DNA of 64,000 nucleotides, taken from the NCBI GenBank assembly GCA_044229845.1, contig JBGASG010000003.1, positions 160,001 to 224,000 on the forward strand, written 5' to 3'. The position numbers were made by a program, and so were the translations under genes. Within the stretch, counting starts at the first letter, position 1. Each line of letters begins with the position of its first letter. Shown here in pieces: positions 18,742-28,574 of this stretch. This DNA comes from Candidatus Obscuribacteraceae bacterium. Its GTDB lineage: Bacteria > Cyanobacteriota > Vampirovibrionia > Obscuribacterales > Obscuribacteraceae. The notes under the pieces were generated by a model that was not told the origin of the DNA, did not search any database, and saw only the letters and a program-made list of their open reading frames with translations.

Positions 18742-20031
18742 ATGGCTAAGAGAATTCTTGTCGTGGCAGCCACTGCCAGGGAGCATCGCGAGTTACCAAA
18801 AATTGCCGGCAGGCTCGGCTATGAGCTGATCTTCGAGGATTGGGACTGGTCTTACTTCGACGACCCCCAGACCAGAGATTATGACGGCGAACCGCTGAAG
18901 ATTCTGCCGCGCATCGAATCCATGCGGAAACAGTACGAGGGAAAAATAGACGGCATCACATCCGCCGTCGGCTACCCCGGTATGTCGGTGGTCGCCATTC
19001 TGTCCAAACTACTGGGATTGCCCGGTCCCTCGCCCGATGCCATCATGCGCTGCGAGCACAAATACTATTCGCGGCTTGCCCAGGAAAAATTTGTGCCGGA
19101 GGCGACCAGTCACTTCACAGCTCTTAACGTTGGAGACCAGCCGCCGGACTTCGGTTATCCGCGCTTTTTGAAACCGATCAAGTCTTTTATGTCCATGAAT
19201 GCCCAGAGGGTCGAATCGCCTGAGCAGGTAGTGGAGTGCTTGCAATCAGGCACCCTGCCCGACTCCTTCGTAGAACCGTTCGACGAAATGGTTGCTGCCC
19301 ATACAACTATGGAGCGAACAGCCCGCGGATTTCTGCTTGAAGAACTGCTGCAAGGCACTCAGGTTTCACTGGAAGGATTTGTTCACAACCGACAACCTGA
19401 GGTGATGGGGATTGTTGATGCTGTGATGTTTCCAGGCACCATTTCCTTCCAACGATGGGTCTACCCATCTCGCTTGCCGGCGAACGTGCAGCAAGTGATG
19501 ATTGACACCGCCATCAAATTTTTCCGCGGCATCGAGTATGACGATGCCATGTTCAACATGGAATTGATGTACAACCCGCAGACCGGCAAAGTGCACATCA
19601 TCGAAGTCAATCCGAAAATCGCATCGCAATTCCCCGACCTCTTTGAGCGGGTGGACGGCATCAGCTCCTACCAACCGATGCTCCAGATTGCCGCCGGTGA
19701 AGCCCCTCAATTCACGCACCGAAAGGGGCAATTCAAAGTAGCTGCGAGTTGTGTCTTGCGCACATTTGAAGATCAATTCGTCCTCTCGGCGCCATCTCTC
19801 GAAAACATTTCGCAAGTGAACGAAACTTATCCGGATGCCCGCGTACAAATCATGGCGAAAGCCGGGCACAAGCTTTCCGAGCAGGCTCAGGATGCTCAGA
19901 GTTTTCGATATGGATTGATCAATCTCGGCGCCACATCTGAAGAAGACCTGGAGAGGCGTTTTGCCGTTTGTCGAAATATCTTGAATTTCGATTTCCGTCC
20001 CGTCGCCGAGTTTAAACAGGCTGTCGAATGA
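18742..20031 (+). CDS. ATP-grasp protein (L-amino acid ligase/carboxylate-amine ligase-like)
   Basis: CEHKYYSR, FLKPIKS, LLEELLQG, FNMEL and IIEVNPK motifs. Confidence 0.85.
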   Translation: MAKRILVVAATAREHRELPKIAGRLGYELIFEDWDWSYFDDPQTRDYDGEPLKILPRIESMRKQYEGKIDGITSAVGYPGMSVVAILSKLLGLPGPSPDAIMRCEHKYYSRLAQEKFVPEATSHFTALNVGDQPPDFGYPRFLKPIKSFMSMNAQRVESPEQVVECLQSGTLPDSFVEPFDEMVAAHTTMERTARGFLLEELLQGTQVSLEGFVHNRQPEVMGIVDAVMFPGTISFQRWVYPSRLPANVQQVMIDTAIKFFRGIEYDDAMFNMELMYNPQTGKVHIIEVNPKIASQFPDLFERVDGISSYQPMLQIAAGEAPQFTHRKGQFKVAASCVLRTFEDQFVLSAPSLENISQVNETYPDARVQIMAKAGHKLSEQAQDAQSFRYGLINLGATSEEDLERRFAVCRNILNFDFRPVAEFKQAVE

Positions 20032-20993
20032 AGCACCCGGACTGCCCGCGGGTCTTAATTACGGTGAACCCGGGCTTGATTCAAGGCAGCAGATTTTCGA
20101 CGGTGCGCAGTATCGTCACGGCACTCGATGCCTGCAGCGATCTCCTGCTGTTGCCAATCAACGAATACGATTTCAAAAACAAAAAGGCACGCGCATATAG
20201 AAGAGTCGCAGGCGGCAGATTTAAATTCGTCAAAACCATTTCTCCACGAGCCGATCTCTGGGTCGTGTATACCGACGGTTATTATTTGGATTTTCGCAGC
20301 CTGGGATTCGCTTCTCCAACCGCCTACATCCAGGCGCAGATGGACTTTCACTTGCAGTGCGAGACTTCCGGGGAGGTTGGACTTTTGGTCAATTCGGTGG
20401 CGGGAGAAAAGTGCACGCTCAAGAAATTCTTTGCCACGCTCGATCACCATCGCTTTTGCACCATCGAAACCCATATTGCTGCGACAGCGGCAGAAGTTGC
20501 TGATCTACAGAAGAGAGAAGGAGTGCTGATTGCAAAACCCAACTGGAGCGGCGGCGGTTATGGCATCGAAAAGCTAACCAGTCCGAACCAGGTCAAAGAC
20601 TTTTGTGAGCGCAGTCATCTTTTTGAGTTTTGTTTTCAACCACTGGCACGTGGAGAAGAGAAACGATTTTGGTTTGCCGGCAACCAGTGCGTCGCTGCCA
20701 GGCGAATAAAAAACCGCCGCGCTCCGTGGATGGATAAGAGACCGGAAGGTTACCACTCGCGTCCATACGACGCGTCAGCAGGTGGGCAGTTCACGAGAGA
20801 CCTCAAAATTGCCGAAACGATGTGGGCGCTTACCGGCCTCTCAGTCGGCTCGGTCGATTTTATCGGTGAGCAAATCAACGAAGTGAACGGATGCGGCACC
20901 ACATATATCGACTATGACGGATGGCAAAAAGTTGTCGACGCGAGGAAACCGCTGGTCGACTACCTCGTCTCGGTCGTTAAGTCGCTGCAGTGA
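20028..20993 (+). CDS. ATP-grasp protein (GshB/RimK-like)
   Basis: LVNS...EK, IAKPNWSGGGYGI, FQP, EKRFW and SVDFIG..INEVNG motifs; ATGA overlap with the preceding gene. Confidence 0.75.
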   Translation: MKHPDCPRVLITVNPGLIQGSRFSTVRSIVTALDACSDLLLLPINEYDFKNKKARAYRRVAGGRFKFVKTISPRADLWVVYTDGYYLDFRSLGFASPTAYIQAQMDFHLQCETSGEVGLLVNSVAGEKCTLKKFFATLDHHRFCTIETHIAATAAEVADLQKREGVLIAKPNWSGGGYGIEKLTSPNQVKDFCERSHLFEFCFQPLARGEEKRFWFAGNQCVAARRIKNRRAPWMDKRPEGYHSRPYDASAGGQFTRDLKIAETMWALTGLSVGSVDFIGEQINEVNGCGTTYIDYDGWQKVVDARKPLVDYLVSVVKSLQ

Positions 20994-21939
20994 CTCTGAG
21001 CAGTGCATCAAAGTATTGCGCGATGGCACGTCCAAACTGAGGTCCCTTCTGGCTATAGTTTGCATAAATCGACGGATTGAGCAGCTCGGCCTCGACCAGC
21101 ATCGGTGCACCATCTACAGAGATCAAATCGATGCGGCTGAAGTGCACGGGACATCGCAATTGTTTTTCGTAAACCGCCAGAAGATCACGAGAGAATGCCA
21201 GTTCATCCTTTGTCGGCTCGTAGACCTCCACGGTTCCGCCCAGCGATTCGTTGCAACGAAACTCGTTGGGGTCGGCTTTCGAAGGTTTCTTCAGCACTGC
21301 ATGTTGAAAATCATGTCCCAGAAAAACCAGGCTGCGCTCGCCCTGGCGAATCTCCGGCATAAATGCCTGCGCAAGATATTCAGGCTCCTGTCCGGCTATC
21401 CTTTCTAGATCAGCGCTGCAATCGGCACTAAAAATCCCGTTGCCTCTTTCGCCGAAGCGCGGTTTCATAACCAGACGGGCACCGGCGGCAAGCCGCTCAC
21501 GCCACTGCTCATCGATGGCGAATGTCGGAATAATGCGCACTCCCTGCGCCTGCAGTTCAAGCAGATAGTGTTTATCGATATTGTGCCGAATCGTGCGTGG
21601 ATGGTTGACCACCATGCCGCATTGACTTTCAAACTGCGCAACCATGGCAAGAAACGTCGGCAGATCGAAGAGGAAACCTTCCATCTTATAGACGAAAGCC
21701 AGGTCGAATTCGGACAGCGTCATGGGAGCCACGAATTGCCCGGCACCATAACTGAAGATGCGTTTAAATCGGTCATCGACTAGATCGCGCCAGTTGACGA
21801 AAAAGACCTGGTGCCCAAGTTCCTGCAGTCCGGCGGCAAAATCGAAACAGTCGTTCTCATCGACCGAATACTTGACGGCAAAATGAGAAGGGCTGGTGTC
21901 CGCAACGTCTTCCGCAAGTGTAAAAAGAATCGTTGACAT
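20977..21939 (-). CDS. ATP-grasp protein (glutathione synthetase/RimK-like)
   Basis: VNHP...NIDKHYL, IIPT, VMKPRFGERGNG, QAFMPEI..GERSL, FRCNESLGG, SRIDL and VEAELLNPS motifs. Confidence 0.85.
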   Translation of the reverse strand: MSTILFTLAEDVADTSPSHFAVKYSVDENDCFDFAAGLQELGHQVFFVNWRDLVDDRFKRIFSYGAGQFVAPMTLSEFDLAFVYKMEGFLFDLPTFLAMVAQFESQCGMVVNHPRTIRHNIDKHYLLELQAQGVRIIPTFAIDEQWRERLAAGARLVMKPRFGERGNGIFSADCSADLERIAGQEPEYLAQAFMPEIRQGERSLVFLGHDFQHAVLKKPSKADPNEFRCNESLGGTVEVYEPTKDELAFSRDLLAVYEKQLRCPVHFSRIDLISVDGAPMLVEAELLNPSIYANYSQKGPQFGRAIAQYFDALLRVTAAT

Positions 21940-21956
21940 ACGCTCTCAGGGCTGAC

Positions 21957-22766
21957 TCAACCGGTGATACCCGCGGTTCCTACCGGCAAGCCAAAGCCGG
22001 ACAGAGCTTTTTGTACCGCTTCTTCGGCAAGCACTTGCATCGAGTCTACAAAAGGATAGTCGGGGCGGCGCTCTAGAAGTGCCACAGAGACCTCGGTGCA
22101 GGCAGCCACAATGACGTCGGCACCCTGCCCCAACAGATTCTGGGCGATCTGATCAAGGGTGGCAGCCGGCTTGTCGATATAACCGCATTTGATACCATCG
22201 GGTCCATATATGGCGTCCATCACACGCGTTTGATCGTCGCCACTCGGAACAATGAGCACACAGTCTCGTTCCCGAAGTCTGGCGCTATATAGACCTTGCG
22301 TAGGCGTTGCTGAAAGAATGCCGACATTTTTCAGATCAGGCAACTCACGAAGCATAAACTCAATCGTGCAGCCGATCATGTCCAACACCGGTATGCTGAC
22401 CCCGCATCGCAATTCATCGATAAAGTGATGTGCGATGTTGCAGGGCATAGTCAGGAAATTCGCGCCCGCTTGCTCAAGAACTCTGCCTGTACGAATCATT
22501 TCTGGCAGGGGACTTTCCGCGTCGCCGCTCAGGGCGTCGACACGGCTGGGAATGGCGCAATTGCTGAATGCAATCACCGGTATGTGATCCTGATCTCGCC
22601 GTGACGGGGTGAAGGCGGTGATCAGCGACATAAAACGGTTGGTGGCTTCGGGGCCCATTCCCCCAACCACACCGATGGTGGAACTACTCATATCGTATTG
22701 GGATGCCACTGGCTGAGACAAAAACATTGTATCCAGCCCACCCCTTGACGTGGGGCATGCATCCAT
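21957..22766 (-). CDS. Aspartate/glutamate racemase (PLP-independent); start uncertain (alternative 22727)
   Basis: IGVVGGMGPEAT, RDQDH, PCNIAH and ACTEV (both catalytic Cys present). Confidence 0.92.
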   Translation of the reverse strand: MDACPTSRGGLDTMFLSQPVASQYDMSSSTIGVVGGMGPEATNRFMSLITAFTPSRRDQDHIPVIAFSNCAIPSRVDALSGDAESPLPEMIRTGRVLEQAGANFLTMPCNIAHHFIDELRCGVSIPVLDMIGCTIEFMLRELPDLKNVGILSATPTQGLYSARLRERDCVLIVPSGDDQTRVMDAIYGPDGIKCGYIDKPAATLDQIAQNLLGQGADVIVAACTEVSVALLERRPDYPFVDSMQVLAEEAVQKALSGFGLPVGTAGITG

Positions 22767-22826
22767 GAAATTAATTTAGGAATAGCCACCACATTCAGTG
22801 GCTGAAGCGCGGACACGGAGGCAGCT

Positions 22827-23252
22827 TCAGGAAGACTGCTGGATCTGCGCCGGGCGAATCAAATTGCGATAAGGATGCCAACGCGCAGCGAATTCATCGT
22901 TGATGGCCGCTATCAACTCATCTGCTTTGGCGTCGCATTGTTCTTTCGTCCACTTATTGGCGTCGTCGCTGACTGTTAATACCAGCTCGAATACACCCGT
23001 CTCCCGCTCCGCCCATATGACGTCGGCTCGATAGGTAACAGTGATGATCTCGGTGCCGGAGGTCCAGACTTCTTCGAGAACCGCCGACATTTTGGATTCC
23101 GTTTCGGAGACATTGATATGTTGCCAGTCCAACTCCTCGAACTGAGGCAGCATCACCTCCAGCAATTCGCTGATGCTGCAACGAGCAATTTTGGTTCGCG
23201 ATGCCGTGGAGACGATCGCTCTCGATTCTTCCGATTGACGAGATTTTGGCAT
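22827..23252 (-). CDS. Hypothetical protein
   Basis: 141-aa ORF fills the gap between neighbours; no recognised motif. Confidence 0.6.
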   Translation of the reverse strand: MPKSRQSEESRAIVSTASRTKIARCSISELLEVMLPQFEELDWQHINVSETESKMSAVLEEVWTSGTEIITVTYRADVIWAERETGVFELVLTVSDDANKWTKEQCDAKADELIAAINDEFAARWHPYRNLIRPAQIQQSS

Positions 23253-23323
23253 TTGCCAGTACCAACTAAGCGTGGAATCAGTACTCTCATTCTATTGTCC
23301 AGGCGCCCGCGGAGCAAGTCGGT

Positions 23324-24199
23324 TTAGTCGGACTTCGACGCCGGCGTTCGGACTTCCAACAGCAACCGGTCGCCTGCAGACAGCGAGATGTTCTCACCGT
23401 GCTCGACGGCCCCGGTGAGCAACCCGCCACCTGGAAGTCCCTTCACCATGCCGAGAAAAAATCCTTTGATACGCCGATGCCCTTCCACATCCTGTGCCGG
23501 TTTGCCGTAGGAGTAGGCGGGACTGACCGCACCCACCACGCCGGAGATCAGCGGCCCGGCAACCAATCCAATCGGACCGGTAGCCAACTCGCCACCCTCG
23601 ATGGCGGTGCTCATAGCACCGTATTTAACACCACTGTACTTGACGGTGACGTCACCCTTCTTATCAACCTCCAGCGGCATTGGATTGCCGGACGCATTGG
23701 ACCTGGCTACTTCGGAGCCAGGCACCGGCGTCGCATGCAAGTCGATCTGGCTCCCGGACGCCACGACCTGGTCGAACTCCAGTCCCAGTGCTCCATTAGC
23801 ATCAAGCCAGTGATGTGATGGAATATCTGCCTTTATGATGCGACTGGATCGGTCGACGGCTGTGACGTGCCCGGTGACAATCGATCCAGCCCGCGCCAGA
23901 ATCGCGCCGCTCTGGCTGCGCATAGGTGCGGTCAGCCTCGCTTCACAGCTATCTCCCACATTGGCAGTCTCGCTGTCGATGGGGCTCAGCATCTCAACCT
24001 GCAAAGACCCGCCCGATACTACTTGCCAGCTGCGTGGTCCGGATCGGACCACCGCCCACTCACTCAACATCGGTACAGCGGTCGGCTCGGCAGCCGCCTC
24101 CTGTTCGTTTCGCTCCATCGCCAGCCCCGGTCCGGCTGCCGACAAGAGCAGGTGTGCCAGGAAAACCAGAGTGATGCTGTTTCTTCTCATAACCCTCAT
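23324..24199 (-). CDS. Secreted hypothetical protein with VirB10/TrbI-like beta domain
   Basis: Signal peptide; IDSETANVGD...AGSIVTGHV...GALGLEFD and a Gly-rich hydrophobic segment ending LSAGD. Confidence 0.65.
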   Translation of the reverse strand: MRVMRRNSITLVFLAHLLLSAAGPGLAMERNEQEAAAEPTAVPMLSEWAVVRSGPRSWQVVSGGSLQVEMLSPIDSETANVGDSCEARLTAPMRSQSGAILARAGSIVTGHVTAVDRSSRIIKADIPSHHWLDANGALGLEFDQVVASGSQIDLHATPVPGSEVARSNASGNPMPLEVDKKGDVTVKYSGVKYGAMSTAIEGGELATGPIGLVAGPLISGVVGAVSPAYSYGKPAQDVEGHRRIKGFFLGMVKGLPGGGLLTGAVEHGENISLSAGDRLLLEVRTPASKSD

Positions 24200-24342
24200 C
24201 CGCGCGACACCCTATCTTATCGCGCAGGTCGAAATTCGCCACGGGCGACGGTTTACAGAAGAGCTTGGCAGGCTCCCGCTTGGCTTTCACAACTATGCCA
24301 CGGGGCTAAGATAGGATAGATAGGGGCAGGTGGGGATACGTC

Positions 24343-24990
24343 ATGGTGCAAAACGGCCCGACGAATATGCCAGATACCGCGCAAGACCAGGAAGACACGT
24401 TTTCCATCGACGGTTGGTTTTTGCCGGACGGTCAACCCGGACCAGTCGCCGGTCGGTCCGGACCGCCAGCCAATGCGCACCTTGGTCTTGACGAGTCCCA
24501 CTCGAGCATCGACATCTCGCCGGGCACGGAAATAGATCCGTTCAACTGGTCCAATACCTTCATGAAGGTGTATGCCGATTTCGAGCTGCTCGACCAGCTG
24601 GCTGCCAATCTGCAAAACGAGTTTGTCGTCCGCAAGCTTGCCGCAATGGAAGATGATCTACTGGCAGCCCGAGCTGAGTCGGATCTTTTGCCACTGCCGA
24701 AGCTGCGCATTCGGCTCGAGGAATTGCAGGCCTCGCATATGTACTCTGCCGATCGACAAGAACGCCAGGAGCTGGCAGAACAGCTGTCGATGCTGCGTCT
24801 CAATATCTGCAGTCAGGCTCTGGTTCGTCTGGCACTGGCGGAGTTCTATTTGAAAGTAAGAGACGGTGCAACCGCAAAGCGACTCCTTGAAGATGCGGAA
24901 CAGCGCTATGCCGAATTGACGGACGCCGGCGGCGAGTTGGAGTGCGCCGACTACCTCGCCAAGGTTCGCAGTCTCTTCCTATCGCGGTGA
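24343..24990 (+). CDS. Hypothetical helical protein (TPR-like C-terminus)
   Basis: 215-aa ORF; LALAEFY...AKRLLEDA helical pattern. Confidence 0.6.
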   Translation: MVQNGPTNMPDTAQDQEDTFSIDGWFLPDGQPGPVAGRSGPPANAHLGLDESHSSIDISPGTEIDPFNWSNTFMKVYADFELLDQLAANLQNEFVVRKLAAMEDDLLAARAESDLLPLPKLRIRLEELQASHMYSADRQERQELAEQLSMLRLNICSQALVRLALAEFYLKVRDGATAKRLLEDAEQRYAELTDAGGELECADYLAKVRSLFLSR

Positions 24991-25076
24991 CCGCTTGCAA
25001 CGTCTATTCGGTGGCACCAATTTGATTGCACAGTACAATGACGTACAGCGCTTTGTTGTCGCGCTGTTGACAGAAC

Positions 25077-26138
25077 ATGGAAACCAGGAAATTGGCGAAA
25101 GAATCAGTTTGGACAAGCTTGATCGCGTGCTTTTGCATTGCGGTTTCGACAAACGTTTTCATTCCGGTGCAGGCTGAGAACCAGACTGGTTCTGTGTCGG
25201 TCGATGAAACACTGCCACCGGCTCAAGATGTGATCATGTCTCTCGATCAGGCGCGAGCCTACATGCTGGCGCTGATCAATCGCGATCGGGCGGCTGGCGG
25301 ACTGGCTCCCGTAGCCATGGATCCGGTAGCCACCGCCGCTGGACAGAAACACGCAGATGACATGGCACAACAGGGTTTCATCAGCCACTGGAACAAGTTC
25401 GGCAAAAAACCGGACCAGCGCTACACCGAGGCTGGTGGCATCCATTGCGACACCGAAAATCTTTCTCTGCGCACATTCCGCGGTGCAGGCGCCAGCAACG
25501 ACCACGACGGGAAGAAGTCGTCCTTCGATGGTGGCGGCAGCTATGAATTGCATGGCGTGCAGGCATTCAGACAAAGTGATTTAGATCGTATGCAGGCAGC
25601 ATTCATGGCTGAAAAACCGCCGAACGACGGTCACCGCAAATGTATTCTGGATCCGGTCCACAACTATGTCGGCATCGGACTTTCGCTTTCATCCAACGGG
25701 CAAGATAACTATCGGATTGCCCTGTCTCAGGAATTCACTAATGTCTACGGTCAGTACGATCAAATTCAACAGATGTGCACCCGCGGGCAGGCAATCACAC
25801 TGAGCGGACGCCTCAACCCTGGATATGAAATATACGAGGTGGCATTTGATTGGGAGCCGCTGCCTGAACCGATGGACTTCATTGCTCTCGACAAGACGCA
25901 CACATACGTGGCGGGCAAAAAACGTCTATATAGATATTGGCCGCCCAGTCCGACGGAGTCTTCGCCGTTGTCTGTAAACTCCCTGCCGGACGGACGGCAG
26001 CAGTTTCGCTGCGCGATCTTGCCGAAAGACTGGAAACCGGGTGTCTATTACGCCATCATCATGATCAAGCCTCAGGGAGCAGACTATAACCAGTCGTTCC
26101 TGGCGTCGCGGCGCACAATCATCATTCCACCCAACTGA
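25077..26138 (+). CDS. Secreted CAP (SCP/PR-1) domain protein
   Basis: LINRDRAAGGL, AGQKHADDM...SHW, TEN and GHRKCILDP...VGIG motifs. Confidence 0.88.
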   Translation: METRKLAKESVWTSLIACFCIAVSTNVFIPVQAENQTGSVSVDETLPPAQDVIMSLDQARAYMLALINRDRAAGGLAPVAMDPVATAAGQKHADDMAQQGFISHWNKFGKKPDQRYTEAGGIHCDTENLSLRTFRGAGASNDHDGKKSSFDGGGSYELHGVQAFRQSDLDRMQAAFMAEKPPNDGHRKCILDPVHNYVGIGLSLSSNGQDNYRIALSQEFTNVYGQYDQIQQMCTRGQAITLSGRLNPGYEIYEVAFDWEPLPEPMDFIALDKTHTYVAGKKRLYRYWPPSPTESSPLSVNSLPDGRQQFRCAILPKDWKPGVYYAIIMIKPQGADYNQSFLASRRTIIIPPN

Positions 26139-26167
26139 GCGCGGGACTGGTACTGGCTATCACTCCC

Positions 26168-26196
26168 TTGACAGTATTTAGCTATTTTGCTAAATT
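26168..26196 (+). promoter_or_regulatory. Sigma70 promoter (TTGACA-17-TAAATT) overlapped by palindromic operator ATTTAGC-N6-GCTAAAT
   Basis: -35 at 26168-26173, -10 at 26191-26196, perfect inverted repeat at 26176-26195, directly upstream of an ArsR/SdpR gene. Confidence 0.8.
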
Positions 26197-26203
26197 GGAA
26201 AAT

Positions 26204-26509
26204 ATGAAAGAACCTACGATGATTTTCAGAGCTTTGGCCGATCCCACCCGGCGCCAGATCCTGCAGGCACTCAAGGAAAAGGACATGCGCGCCGGTGACA
26301 TCGTAGATCTGTTCACAATGACCGGTCCGTCGGTATCCCGGCACTTGTCCATTCTCAAGGCGGCCGGTCTGGTCAGCGAAAGACGTGAGGGCAACGCGAT
26401 TATCTACACGCTTGAGCCCGAAAAACTGTCGCTGTGCCTGAGTGACTTTTTGAGCGCGGTCTGCCCAACGGAGCTAGTCCAGAAGCACCGCAGGAGGAAC
26501 AAGAAATGA
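26204..26509 (+). CDS. ArsR/SmtB (SdpR-like) transcriptional autorepressor
   Basis: FRALADPTRRQIL, AGDI and SVSRHLSILKAAGLV..RREG..IIY motifs. Confidence 0.92.
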   Translation: MKEPTMIFRALADPTRRQILQALKEKDMRAGDIVDLFTMTGPSVSRHLSILKAAGLVSERREGNAIIYTLEPEKLSLCLSDFLSAVCPTELVQKHRRRNKK

Positions 26510-27447
26510 TTATCGCTATTACCGGAGGAACAGGATTTGTGGGCGGCCACCTGGCGGAAGCCCTGACGGCCGCCGGTCACCAGGTACGCTTGATCGCCCG
26601 CGGACTGGACGGACGCAACGCTCAGATCCGTAATCTGGCGGGAGCGGAATTTCTGGCCATCGGCACCAGCAACGAAGAAGAACTGCGCCATGCGTTCGCC
26701 GGATGCGATGCTGTTGCGCACTGCGCCGGCATCAATCGCGAAGTACATCCAGGCGATTACGAGCGCATTCATGTCGAAGGCACTCGCAACGTCGTGCAAG
26801 CCGCCAGAGCAGCAGGGGTCAAAAAGATCGTGCTGGTCAGTTTCTTCAAAGCTCGACCTGATTGCGGATCGCCATATCACGAATCTAAGTACGCCGCCGA
26901 GGAAATCGTTCGGCAGAGCGGCCTCGACTACACAGTCTTCAAAGCCGGCATGATATACGGCCGTGGCGACCACATGCTCGACCATCTGAGTCACATATTT
27001 CACACGTTGCCGTTTTTTGCACTGGTCGGCTTCCAGAAGAAGTGGTCCGCTCCACTGGCTGTTGAAGACATGGTACGCGTGATGCAAGCCGCGCTTTGCG
27101 AAGGACGCCTTACTCGTCAAACCGTGGCAATCGTCGGTCCGGAGCGCATGCCCCTGGGCGAAGCAGTTCTGCGTGTCGCCAGAACTGTCGGCAAGGTGCC
27201 GGTGATCTTCCCGATGCCCATCGCATTTCACTACGGCTTCGCCACCGTCCTTGAATCAGTTATGAAAATTCCGCTGGTATCAGTGGCGCAGGTGAGAATA
27301 CTTACCGAAGGTTTCGATGAAGCGTACGGCGACTGCCGCGAATTACCAGAGGACCTCAAACCTTCCATCAGGTTGACTGACGAGCAGATCCGTCACGGCT
27401 TGCCAGAGGCCGGTCCATTCAAGTGCTCCGACCTGCGCTTCTGCTAA
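26506..27447 (+). CDS. NAD(P)-dependent epimerase / NDUFA9-like atypical SDR
   Basis: TGGTGFVG, VEGTRNVV and YHESKYAAE motifs; ATGA overlap with the regulator. Confidence 0.9.
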   Translation: MIIAITGGTGFVGGHLAEALTAAGHQVRLIARGLDGRNAQIRNLAGAEFLAIGTSNEEELRHAFAGCDAVAHCAGINREVHPGDYERIHVEGTRNVVQAARAAGVKKIVLVSFFKARPDCGSPYHESKYAAEEIVRQSGLDYTVFKAGMIYGRGDHMLDHLSHIFHTLPFFALVGFQKKWSAPLAVEDMVRVMQAALCEGRLTRQTVAIVGPERMPLGEAVLRVARTVGKVPVIFPMPIAFHYGFATVLESVMKIPLVSVAQVRILTEGFDEAYGDCRELPEDLKPSIRLTDEQIRHGLPEAGPFKCSDLRFC

Positions 27448-28526
27448 TTTCCTTCGCTGCGCTTATCGCGTTGCTTTGGCGCCGCCTTCGTTTGCGGCTC
27501 AGTTTTCGGCTTGGACTCCGGCTTCATCGGCTTAGCGTCCGTCTTTGTCGGCGTAGTTTCCGACTTGGCGCTGCCCGCCTTTGCCTTCGACTTCTCCGCT
27601 CCATCATTCAATCCAGCGAAAGCTTCCGATTTGGTTTTACCAGAAGCACCGCTTGGGGTCCGCGAAACTTCTTCCACATCGCCACGTCCCTTGCGGGGAC
27701 TGGAGGCTTTCTGGGCTTGAACAGGGGGTGGCGTCGACGGCGCCCCCGCTGGCTGCGGGTTCAATGCCTGCTGCCGCTCCATAATGTCTTGTTGCATGTT
27801 TCTGACCAGTTCTTCTTCGGAGGCAACAGTTTTGTAGCCGATCGGAATCTCGAACACACTGTCTGGAACATTCATCTTGAAAGCTTTCACGGTATCCATA
27901 AGAATTTTCGGCTTGCCATCCTGCTCGATCGAAATGCGCAACGGCACCGTATCTGGTGGCAGCCCCTTGGCCGTGGACACGAAGGAAAAGAACTCAGACG
28001 GAGCTTTGATCTGATCTGTAAGCCAGAGGTGCATGGTCACTTCTTCTGTCTTGCCATTGCGCAGGTGAATGACAGTCTTTCCAACAAATAGCTGTGCCGG
28101 CACGCCTGCTATCGTCTGCTCTTTGTTTCCCTTCTCATATAAAGTGTCCTCGACCACCCCCGTTTCTGATCTGAACCGGTTTTCTGTCTCGGCATCACTG
28201 CGGGCTCGCTCCGCCTTCCAGGAAGCAATAGAACCGTTGTACATCAGCTTTTTTGGTTCCCAGTAAACAAAAACTGCTTCTTCTGGCGCTCTCAGCATAA
28301 CCAGATTTAGATGCTGTCTTTTTGTCTCAAACTTAGACTTGTGCGGCGTCACATAGAGCACCTGATCGCCAAGCAGTTCGCTGTTGTATTCAACCATCCA
28401 GGAATCGCCAGCCGAATCATTAAACGAGGTGTTCGGGGCTTCTTTTCGCTTGCCGAGGGTGTGGCAGCCTGACACCATCGCCACCACAGTAATCGCGGCA
28501 AAAATCCGTAAAAGAAACTGATTCAT
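27444..28526 (-). CDS. Putative lipoprotein, DUF4412-like, with Lys/Pro-rich tail
   Basis: Lipobox-like VSGC; EQTIAGVPAQ...LWLT and VPDSVFEIPIGYK. Confidence 0.65.
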   Translation of the reverse strand: MNQFLLRIFAAITVVAMVSGCHTLGKRKEAPNTSFNDSAGDSWMVEYNSELLGDQVLYVTPHKSKFETKRQHLNLVMLRAPEEAVFVYWEPKKLMYNGSIASWKAERARSDAETENRFRSETGVVEDTLYEKGNKEQTIAGVPAQLFVGKTVIHLRNGKTEEVTMHLWLTDQIKAPSEFFSFVSTAKGLPPDTVPLRISIEQDGKPKILMDTVKAFKMNVPDSVFEIPIGYKTVASEEELVRNMQQDIMERQQALNPQPAGAPSTPPPVQAQKASSPRKGRGDVEEVSRTPSGASGKTKSEAFAGLNDGAEKSKAKAGSAKSETTPTKTDAKPMKPESKPKTEPQTKAAPKQRDKRSEGN

Positions 28527-28574
28527 CGAGTCACCCTTAGCAGAACCTCGTTCTCTTAATATTACAATGACACC

